DNA of 64,000 nucleotides from Lachnospiraceae bacterium 48-33 (GTDB lineage Bacteria; Bacillota; Clostridia; Lachnospirales; Lachnospiraceae): NCBI GenBank assembly GCA_041223485.1, contig JBCLQI010000005.1; one strand, 5' to 3'. Shown piece by piece: positions 56,814 to 64,000 of this stretch (position 1 is its first letter; each line of letters starts with the position of its first letter). The notes under the pieces were generated by a model. It saw only the letters and a program-made list of their open reading frames with translations, ran no database searches and was not told where the DNA came from. The position numbers and the translations under genes were made by a program.

Positions 56814-57911
56814 TTATAATCTATCACAAATTCTATCACCCATTTCAGAGCATGTAACCTGAGTTATCATATCTTGTGGCATGTCCTGTGTCATAATATC
56901 AACAGTTCTGATACCATCCTTTAATACCTGTGCTACTGCCTGTTCCACTGCATCAGCTTCTTTGTCAAGGTCAAAAGAGTATCTTAACATCATGGCCGCA
57001 GAAAGAACGGTTGCAATAGGATTTGCTATATTCTGTCCGGCAATATCAGGTGCTGCTCCATGACTTGGTTCGTAAAGACCAAGTTTTCCTTCACTCAGAC
57101 TTGCAGAAGCCAGCATTCCAATAGAACCTGTCACCATACTTGCCTCATCAGAAAGAATATCGCCAAACATATTTTCTGTCAAAATCACATCAAACTGTGC
57201 AGGGTCCTTTACAAGCTGCATGGCACAGTTATCAACAAGCATATGAGAAAGCTCCACTTCCGGATAATCTGCTGCTATCTCTGCTGCTATCTTTCTCCAA
57301 AGTCTGGAAGAATCAAGGACATTTGCCTTATCTACACTTGTAACCTTTTTTCTTCTCTTCATAGCGATATCAAACGCTTTTTTTACAATACGCCTGATTT
57401 CATTTTCATTATAGGTTAAGGTATCAACTGCGGTCATCACTCCATCTATTTCCTTTGTCTCTCTTTTACCAAAATAAAGACCACCAGTAAGCTCTCTTAC
57501 TACAATCATGTCAAATCCCTGCTCTGCTATGGATTCTCTTAGCGGACAGGCATTTTTCAATTCAGGATATAAATATGCAGGCCTTAAATTAGCAAACAGT
57601 CCAAGTCCCTTTCGAATAGACAGAAGTCCTGCTTCTGGTCTTAAATGAGGAGGCAGCTTATACCAGCTATCCACTCCAACCCGTCCACCGACAGCTCCTA
57701 AAAGTACAGCATCACTTTTTCTTGCAGCCTCAAGAGTTTCCTCTGTAAGCGGCTCTCCATATTTATCTATTGACACGCCGCCCATCAGCAGTTCTGTATA
57801 TATAAATTCGTGTCCGAATTTTTCTCCGATTTTATTTAATACTTTTTTTGCTTCTTCAATGATTTCCGGTCCGATTCCATCACCCGGAATACATGCGATT
57901 TGATACTTCAT
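56814..57911 (-). CDS. leuB: 3-isopropylmalate dehydrogenase
   Basis: [18 protein letters not shown]-terminus and the isocitrate/isopropylmalate dehydrogenase signature [13 protein letters not shown]. Confidence 0.9.
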   Translation of the reverse strand: MKYQIACIPGDGIGPEIIEEAKKVLNKIGEKFGHEFIYTELLMGGVSIDKYGEPLTEETLEAARKSDAVLLGAVGGRVGVDSWYKLPPHLRPEAGLLSIRKGLGLFANLRPAYLYPELKNACPLRESIAEQGFDMIVVRELTGGLYFGKRETKEIDGVMTAVDTLTYNENEIRRIVKKAFDIAMKRRKKVTSVDKANVLDSSRLWRKIAAEIAADYPEVELSHMLVDNCAMQLVKDPAQFDVILTENMFGDILSDEASMVTGSIGMLASASLSEGKLGLYEPSHGAAPDIAGQNIANPIATVLSAAMMLRYSFDLDKEADAVEQAVAQVLKDGIRTVDIMTQDMPQDMITQVTCSEMGDRICDRL

Positions 57912-58098
57912 GCTTGATTCCTCCTGCTTTTTTAATAAACTGCCCTCCTATTATATAATATAATTCTGCTTTTTTCAACAGAAAAATATTAAGGTAAAAA
58001 AGCTGAACTATTTTAAGTCTTTATGTAAAGATAAGAAAATAAAAAAATACACAAAAATACAGATATGTATAATAAATTTTAATCATACAACAAAAGTA

Positions 58099-58138
58099 AC
58101 GTATCATAAAAAATCTGGTTCTATTTCTTATGATACGT
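58099..58138 (-). terminator. Terminator hairpin after recX: ACGTATCATAA...TTATGATACGT
   Basis: 11 bp stem, followed by a U-rich tract on the minus strand. Confidence 0.5.
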
Positions 58139-58170
58139 CATGTGCAATGTTCTGACCTGTAATTTGTATT

Positions 58171-58794
58171 TTATTCTTCTTCCGGAGGATTTTTCAGACA
58201 GTATAAAATTTCTTCCATTTCAAATCCTTTTCTGAACAGAAATCCCATCTCCCTGTTTTGTTCTTTTCTGTCAGCGTCTTCAAACTGATACCTTCTTTTT
58301 TTCAGCAGAGCGTAAATCATTTCCTTTTCTCCCATATCTTCTGTTTTATCATAAAACATCGCAAAGACTTCCTCTGTTATCTCTTTGGAAATTCCTTTTA
58401 GATACAATCCCTGCTGAATATTTTTGCGGCTTTTTCTGCCTGTACAGGTGCGGATATAATTTTCTGCATATCTCCGGTCGTCAATATAACTGTATTCTTT
58501 CAGAAAATCAATGGCATAGCTAATTAATTCTGTGCTGTAATACCCTTTTTTCAATTTTGTTCTGATTTCTTCTTCTGTTCGGTCCATTGATTTCAAAAGA
58601 TATAACGCTCTTTCCTTCACGCGTTTTTTCAAAATTTCCTCCTGAATCTGAAAAAACACTTTATCAGACAGCTCTTTGCCTGCTTCGATTTGAAAACGTC
58701 TGATTTCTCCATTGTATAACACAATCGGTTCTTCCTGCTCAAAAACTATTTTAGACCTTTTTTTATCAATTGAAGTTATCTCTGTGACTATCAT
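58171..58794 (-). CDS. recX: RecX regulatory protein
   Basis: 207-aa helical-repeat protein immediately downstream of recA. Conserved recA-recX synteny. Confidence 0.75.
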   Translation of the reverse strand: MIVTEITSIDKKRSKIVFEQEEPIVLYNGEIRRFQIEAGKELSDKVFFQIQEEILKKRVKERALYLLKSMDRTEEEIRTKLKKGYYSTELISYAIDFLKEYSYIDDRRYAENYIRTCTGRKSRKNIQQGLYLKGISKEITEEVFAMFYDKTEDMGEKEMIYALLKKRRYQFEDADRKEQNREMGFLFRKGFEMEEILYCLKNPPEEE

Positions 58795-58799
58795 AATGT

Positions 58800-59858
58800 C
58801 TATTCGTTATTTTCCTCTTCAGCAGCTTTTGTTTCGGGTTGTTCTGCCTGTGGTTCTTCCTCCTCACCGCTGAAATACTTTTCGCGGACAGCCGCTTCCA
58901 CTATTTCACAGATTTCCGGATTGGCCTTTAAGTACTGCTTTGCATTTTCCCGTCCCTGTCCAATCTTATCACTGTTGTAAGAATACCATGAACCGCTCTT
59001 ATTAATAATTCCACATTCTACTGCAAGGTCAAGCAAATCTCCAATAACAGAAATTCCTTCTCCAAACATAATATCAAACTCTGCTTCCTTAAATGGCGGC
59101 GCAATTTTATTCTTTACCACCTTTACTCTTGTTCTGCTTCCGATTACTTCTCCGCCTGCCTTTAAGGTTTCTATCTTTCTTATATCCATTCGAATGGAAG
59201 AATAGAACTTTAATGCACGTCCGCCCGTAGTAGTTTCCGGATTTCCAAACATAATTCCGATTTTTTCTCTGAGCTGGTTGATAAAGACTACAATACAATT
59301 GGTTTTGCTGACAATTCCCGTCAGCTTGCGAAGTGCCTGAGACATCAGTCTTGCCTGTAATCCTACATGGCTGTCTCCCATCTCTCCGTCTATTTCCGCC
59401 TTTGGAACCAGTGCTGCCACAGAATCCACAATAACGATATCCACAGCTCCAGAACGCACCAGAGTTTCTGTGATTTCAAGTGCCTGCTCACCAAAATCCG
59501 GCTGTGAAATATACAGATTGTCAATATCCACACCAATATTCTTTGCATACACAGGGTCCAGCGCATGCTCGGCATCGATAAAGCCGGCGATTCCGCCCTG
59601 CTTTTGAACCTCTGCAATCATATGCAGAGCCACAGTCGTTTTACCACTTGATTCAGGACCATAGATTTCAACCACACGTCCTCTTGGTATTCCTCCAAGT
59701 CCCAGTGCAATATCAAGACTTAAAGAACCTGTCGGCACAGTTTCAATATTTATATTTGCCTTGGAATCTCCCAGTTTCATAATAGAGCCTTTTCCATGAG
59801 CCTTTTCAATATTGGCCAGCGCTGCTTCTAATGCCTTTAACTTTTCATTCTTATCCAT
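58800..59858 (-). CDS. recA: Recombinase A
   Basis: Walker [10 protein letters not shown] and a RecA core (IVVDSVAAL). Confidence 0.95.
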   Translation of the reverse strand: MDKNEKLKALEAALANIEKAHGKGSIMKLGDSKANINIETVPTGSLSLDIALGLGGIPRGRVVEIYGPESSGKTTVALHMIAEVQKQGGIAGFIDAEHALDPVYAKNIGVDIDNLYISQPDFGEQALEITETLVRSGAVDIVIVDSVAALVPKAEIDGEMGDSHVGLQARLMSQALRKLTGIVSKTNCIVVFINQLREKIGIMFGNPETTTGGRALKFYSSIRMDIRKIETLKAGGEVIGSRTRVKVVKNKIAPPFKEAEFDIMFGEGISVIGDLLDLAVECGIINKSGSWYSYNSDKIGQGRENAKQYLKANPEICEIVEAAVREKYFSGEEEEPQAEQPETKAAEEENNE

Positions 59859-60018
59859 TTATAAATCCTCCATAAAATAATTTAGCTTTTCTAATAATCG
59901 AAAATAAGTTTGTGAATATCTGTTCGATTTGTATATATCATAGTACATACAAAGTAGTTTGTCAACTTATCTATAATTACAATATCATTAAATTTATATT
60001 ATGTCAATATTGTTTTTG

Positions 60019-60486
60019 TTAAATTTTTATTACATCCAAAACCAGCTTTACAGCATAATCTGCCGCCGCTGTTCTTATCTCTGTCCGGTTTCCCGAAAAC
60101 AACTCTTTTTTTATGGTAACCTTCCCTTTATAAAAACATGCAAACCATACAAGACCTACCGGAGTTTCCTCTGTACCTCCTGCCGGTCCCGCCACTCCTG
60201 ATGTTACAACAGTCACATCGGCTTTTGTCTGCTCTGCACATCCCTGTGCCATTTCATATACAGTCTGGCGGCTTACTGCGCCATATGCTTCAAGAGTACT
60301 TTTCTTTACCCCCAGATATTTTATTTTTGCCTCATCCGCATAGGTAATAAACCCTTCTGAATAAACTGCGGATGCACCTGCTGTACGAATAATTTCCGCT
60401 GCAACCAGCCCTCCGGTACAAGATTCGGCAGTTGAAATTTTAAGCTTTTTTTCAATTAATAAATTTACCAGTTTTTCTGCATACAT
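60019..60486 (-). CDS. cinA: CinA C-terminal domain protein (NMN amidohydrolase PncC-like)
   Basis: LKISTAESCTGGLVAA signature. Confidence 0.8.
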   Translation of the reverse strand: MYAEKLVNLLIEKKLKISTAESCTGGLVAAEIIRTAGASAVYSEGFITYADEAKIKYLGVKKSTLEAYGAVSRQTVYEMAQGCAEQTKADVTVVTSGVAGPAGGTEETPVGLVWFACFYKGKVTIKKELFSGNRTEIRTAAADYAVKLVLDVIKI

Positions 60487-60584
60487 TTTCGTTCCTCCAT
60501 ATGAAATAAAAAAGCCGCCGCATAAAAAACATTACAGGAAAAGTCCCATATGCTTCATACAAAATGCAGCAGCCGTGAGTTTCA

Positions 60585-61124
60585 TTAATTATTACTCTCT
60601 TTTAAAATATCTTTGTTCTTTAACACATAATCAAGAAGCGAAATAACTGTAAGAATCAAAGAAACATAAACAAGAACCTGTCCAATTATATGATAAACCT
60701 CAAAATCCAGTCCAATTATAAGCCATATTATCATAATCATCTGACACACTGTCTTGATTTTTCCCCAATAGCTGGCAGCAATCACCACGCCGTTATCTGC
60801 TGCTATTGTTCTGAATCCGCTGATAATAAGTTCCCTGCTGATAATCACGATTACAATCCATTCCGGAATCACATCTGAAAGACAAATCAGTGCAGAGCAC
60901 ACCAGAAGTTTATCCGCCAAAGGGTCCATAAATTTTCCAAAATTCGTTACCAAACCATATTTTCTGGCAATTTTTCCATCAAGAGTATCTGTGATACTGG
61001 CAGCGATAAAAATAGCCGCCGCAATATATTTATCCACACCTTTAAAAATAGTACATTCCATAAATATGACAAAAAATGGTATCATACACACTCTGAGTAT
61101 TGTCAGCTTATTAGGTAAATTCAT
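60585..61124 (-). CDS. pgsA: CDP-diacylglycerol--glycerol-3-phosphate 3-phosphatidyltransferase
   Basis: CDP-alcohol phosphotransferase motif DTLDGKIARKYGLVTNFGKFMDPLADK. Start placed at MNLPNKLT. Confidence 0.85.
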   Translation of the reverse strand: MNLPNKLTILRVCMIPFFVIFMECTIFKGVDKYIAAAIFIAASITDTLDGKIARKYGLVTNFGKFMDPLADKLLVCSALICLSDVIPEWIVIVIISRELIISGFRTIAADNGVVIAASYWGKIKTVCQMIMIIWLIIGLDFEVYHIIGQVLVYVSLILTVISLLDYVLKNKDILKESNN

Positions 61125-61138
61125 TTTTTCCTCCAATC

Positions 61139-62476
61139 TTACGAGCAAAGCTCTCCTATTAAATCATAATCTGAAGCCCCTGTTATTCTCACCCTTATAA
61201 AATCGCCGGTCATCAAGGTTTCTCCTGTCTGAATAAACACATATCCATCTATGCCGGGAGAATCCATATAAGTTCTTCCGATATATGCATTTTCATCTGC
61301 GACCATGCCTTCAACGACTGCAAGCATTTCCTTTCCCACTTTTTCCTCCGATTTTTCAAAGGCAATCTCCTGCTGCAATTCCATAAGTTCACACTGTCTG
61401 TCCTCTTTCACTTCCGGCTCTATTTGCTCCTCAAAATTTGCGGCTGCAGTCCCCTCTTCCGGCGAATATACAAACACGCCAAGCCGGTCAAATTCCATTT
61501 CATCTACAAACTCTGCCATTTCCTGAAATTCTTCTTCTGTTTCACTTGGAAAGCCTGTGATAAGTGTAGTTCTAATAATAATATCCGGAATTTCCTGTCG
61601 AAGTTTATTTATTATCTCCTTAATTTCCTGTTTGCTGGTACGCCGTCCCATTTTTTTCAATATTCGGTCATTGCAGTGCTGAATCGGCATATCAATATAA
61701 TTACAAATCTTTTTTTCCTCTTTTACAGTTTGAATCAATTCATCATAAATTTCTTCCGGATAACAGTACAACAGACGGATAAACTGGATGCCATTTATTT
61801 TACACAGATTTTTTAAAAGCTTATGTAGGGATTTTTCCCCATAAATATCCATTCCATACATTGTCGTTTCCTGTGCAACTAAAATAAGCTCCTTTACACC
61901 CTTTGCAGCAAGCTGTTCTGCCTGACATATCAGCTTTTCCATAGGAACACTTCTGTATTTTCCTCTAATCTTTGGAATAATACAATATGTACAATGCTTG
62001 TCACAGCCTTCCGCGATTTTTAAATGTGCATAATATCCGCCAGTAGTAACAATTCTTTCTGTTTTTATATCGGGAAGCCGGTTTAAATCCTTAAATATCT
62101 GCGGTCTGCCACCCTGAAGCGCCTGCTCTGCCACTTCAGCTATAACATCAAAAGAGGAGGTCCCCAGTATTGCATCCACTTCGGGAATTTCTCTGTAAAT
62201 CTCTTCCTGATATCTCTGTGCTAGACATCCTGTCACAATTAATGCCCTGCATTTAAAGTGAATTTTGCACTGTGCCATTTCAAGAATAGTATTAATACTT
62301 TCCTCTTTTGCATCTTGAATAAAACAGCAGGAATTTATAATAATTATTTCGGCCTCCCGTTCGTCATCTGTAAATTCATAGCCTTTGCTCTGCAGAATTC
62401 CTAGCATTTCCTCAGAATCAGCAAGATTTTTATCACAGCCCAAGGATATAAATAATAATTTCACAAAAACCTCCAT
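61139..62476 (-). CDS. rimO: Ribosomal protein S12 methylthiotransferase (radical-SAM MTTase with a TRAM domain)
   Basis: N-terminal MTTase Cys motif (ISLGCDKN), radical-SAM motif CDKHCTYC, C-terminal TRAM domain. Confidence 0.85.
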   Translation of the reverse strand: MEVFVKLLFISLGCDKNLADSEEMLGILQSKGYEFTDDEREAEIIIINSCCFIQDAKEESINTILEMAQCKIHFKCRALIVTGCLAQRYQEEIYREIPEVDAILGTSSFDVIAEVAEQALQGGRPQIFKDLNRLPDIKTERIVTTGGYYAHLKIAEGCDKHCTYCIIPKIRGKYRSVPMEKLICQAEQLAAKGVKELILVAQETTMYGMDIYGEKSLHKLLKNLCKINGIQFIRLLYCYPEEIYDELIQTVKEEKKICNYIDMPIQHCNDRILKKMGRRTSKQEIKEIINKLRQEIPDIIIRTTLITGFPSETEEEFQEMAEFVDEMEFDRLGVFVYSPEEGTAAANFEEQIEPEVKEDRQCELMELQQEIAFEKSEEKVGKEMLAVVEGMVADENAYIGRTYMDSPGIDGYVFIQTGETLMTGDFIRVRITGASDYDLIGELCS

Positions 62477-62516
62477 TTATCACGCAACCAACGCCTGTGT
62501 TAATTGCTCAATGAAA

Positions 62517-62536
62517 GAAACCGCCTGTGCGGTTTC
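62517..62536 (-). terminator. Terminator hairpin after rpoZ: GAAACCGC-CTGT-GCGGTTTC
   Basis: 8 bp GC-rich stem followed by TTTCATT on the minus strand. Confidence 0.45.
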
Positions 62537-62548
62537 CAGCATAATTTG

Positions 62549-62998
62549 TTATTTTTCTAAATCAGTTTCTTTTTTTGATACTGTTTCTTCTGCATTATCT
62601 TGAATAGCACTGTCGGCCGGATTCAGTTCTTCAAAATCCTCTGTATCAATTTCATCATATGGCTCTTCAACATTACTTTCTTCTGAAAGCTCCTCACAGG
62701 AATTCATGCTTTCCATGTCAGATATATTCTCTGAAACAATTACTTCCTGTTCTTCTTCTGCATCATCCTCGTTTAAAATTTTAATCTTTGCATTGTACAA
62801 TTCTTCTACTGCTACGGACAATGGCTTGATTTCTTTTCCTTTGGCCCTTACTAACGGCTCCTGCCCGCTGATTAGCTGTCTTGCCCTTTTTGCCGTTGCA
62901 AGCACAATTGAATAGCGACTCTGTACCACTGGCTGTTCTCCCGGCTCCACATCACTGTTTACCACTGCCATCAAATCTGTATAAGATGGATGTAACAT
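62549..62998 (-). CDS. rpoZ: DNA-directed RNA polymerase omega subunit with a long acidic C-terminal extension
   Basis: N-terminus MLHPSYTDLM...SRYSIVLATAKRARQL matches Bacillus RpoZ (MLDPSIDSLM...SKYTLV...ARRAR). The last ~70 aa are D/E-rich. Confidence 0.7.
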   Translation of the reverse strand: MLHPSYTDLMAVVNSDVEPGEQPVVQSRYSIVLATAKRARQLISGQEPLVRAKGKEIKPLSVAVEELYNAKIKILNEDDAEEEQEVIVSENISDMESMNSCEELSEESNVEEPYDEIDTEDFEELNPADSAIQDNAEETVSKKETDLEK

Positions 62999-63043
62999 AG
63001 TTTTCTCCTTCCGAAAAGACTGCTCTTTTCTTAAACATTATTT

Positions 63044-63952
63044 TTATTCAATATTTTGAACCTGTTCCCTGATTTTTTCAATATCGGTCTTTAATTCAAT
63101 CCCATGATTTGTAATTTCCAGATTATTTGCCTTTGAAAGAATGGTATTCGCCTCACGGTTCATTTCCTGTGCAAGAAAATCCAGCTTTTTGCCATGATTA
63201 ATATAACCAATGGTCTCATTAATTTTGCTGTCCATTCCGTTTTGCAATTCTTCCTTCATCGCAGATATATGGCTCTTCAACCGCACTATTTCTTCATCCA
63301 CACAGATTTTATCTGCAAAAAGAACCAGCTCTGTGGCAATCCTTGCCTCATCTATCTGCGAATTTTCCAGCAGCTCTCCCATTTTATCCTTCAGTTTTTG
63401 TCGATATTCCTCCAATATCCGCGGAAATCTTTCCTCAATAAAAGTTACATGAATCATCATGTCCTCAAGCTTTTTCAAGATATCTTTTCTGAGATTTTCT
63501 CCTTCCCTGATTCTGGATTCTACAAACAGTTCACATGCACGTTCCATAGTTTGCTCAAAAAATATCTGCATTTCTTCTTCGTCTATTCGGGAATCCTGCA
63601 TAATTAATACCTCTGGAAATTTTGACAATGAAGCTACTGTAATATCATTTTTCAGGCCCAGTTTTTCCATCTCTCTGAAACATTCCAGATATTCCTCTGC
63701 CAGAGCTTTATTGAATTTCAGACTGACATTTGTACTGCCCATATCCTCATACGAGACAAAGACATCGATTTTTCCCCTTACTGCATATTTTTTCAGTATA
63801 TTTCTCAGATTATTTTCAAATGCACAAAAGCTTTTTGACAGCTTTATTGCTACATCAAAATATCTGTGATTTACTGATTTTATCTCTATTGTAAGTCTAC
63901 GGCCGTCTTCCGTTCGTTCATAACGCCCGAACCCCGTCATGCTTTTTATCAT
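63044..63952 (-). CDS. yicC: YicC/YloC-family stress-induced protein
   Basis: MIKSMTGFGR N-terminus plus a C-terminal DUF1732-like region. Conserved neighbourhood upstream of rpoZ. Confidence 0.85.
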   Translation of the reverse strand: MIKSMTGFGRYERTEDGRRLTIEIKSVNHRYFDVAIKLSKSFCAFENNLRNILKKYAVRGKIDVFVSYEDMGSTNVSLKFNKALAEEYLECFREMEKLGLKNDITVASLSKFPEVLIMQDSRIDEEEMQIFFEQTMERACELFVESRIREGENLRKDILKKLEDMMIHVTFIEERFPRILEEYRQKLKDKMGELLENSQIDEARIATELVLFADKICVDEEIVRLKSHISAMKEELQNGMDSKINETIGYINHGKKLDFLAQEMNREANTILSKANNLEITNHGIELKTDIEKIREQVQNIE

Positions 63953-64000
63953 AATGATTTATCGTAATGTCCTTTCTCAAAACCTTATTCTCTTATGCCA

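Noticed and set aside
57912-58170. Search for a T-box riboswitch or leader upstream of leuB
   Set aside because: No conserved T-box core sequence found by eye. The only clear structure (58099-58138) is better explained as the recX terminator.

Overview
A 64 kb chromosomal segment from a low-GC Firmicute, probably a spore-forming Clostridia member. The evidence is a GerA-family germination protein, a Csp-like subtilisin, recA-recX-cinA synteny and AT-rich intergenic DNA. Nearly all genes lie on the minus strand. There are no rRNA genes or CRISPR arrays; tRNAs could not be checked by eye.

Layout by coordinate:
- 1-233: a partial IS200/IS605-family TnpB-like gene running off the window edge.
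- 1.5-4.2 kb: asd and an orphan gerA-like gene.
- 4.2-16.6 kb: a carbohydrate-active cluster, interrupted by a three-gene SPFH/zinc-ribbon membrane operon. The cluster holds a membrane-anchored GH5 endoglucanase with a CBM, a GH27 alpha-galactosidase, a 1313-aa multidomain GH97-like hydrolase with CBM6/35-like modules, a lipoprotein alpha/beta-hydrolase and an AraC regulator.
- 16.8-24.7 kb: housekeeping genes murF-ddl, tcdA, lrgAB and a Csp-like S8 protease.
- 45-64 kb: housekeeping genes argH, mscS, glgB, an M18 aminopeptidase, a NUDIX protein, serA-serC, ilvB-ilvD-leuB, recA-recX, cinA, pgsA, rimO, rpoZ and yicC.
- 24.9-43.7 kb: a 19 kb accessory island, all on the minus strand. It holds an OmpR-type two-component system, a C39-like peptidase, an ABC-2 exporter with a fused 796-aa permease, and a lipoprotein. 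Next to these is a LytTR two-component system whose 222-aa kinase lacks a sensor domain. It is followed by a tandemly duplicated 3.1 kb module: small secreted beta-rich protein ending in Trp, membrane-anchored extracytoplasmic protein, 416-aa FtsX-like permease. After the module come a pseudogene remnant, a third small-protein paralog, a 195-aa FtsX-like half-permease and a single ABC ATPase. Each of the three small-protein genes sits behind a conserved ~130 bp upstream element with AgrA/LytTR-like ACAGTTACC / CAGTCA repeats.

The most interesting candidate is this island. It looks like a quorum-type (LytTR) regulated, duplicated lactococcin-972-like bacteriocin/immunity or peptide-sensing transporter system with unusual architecture.
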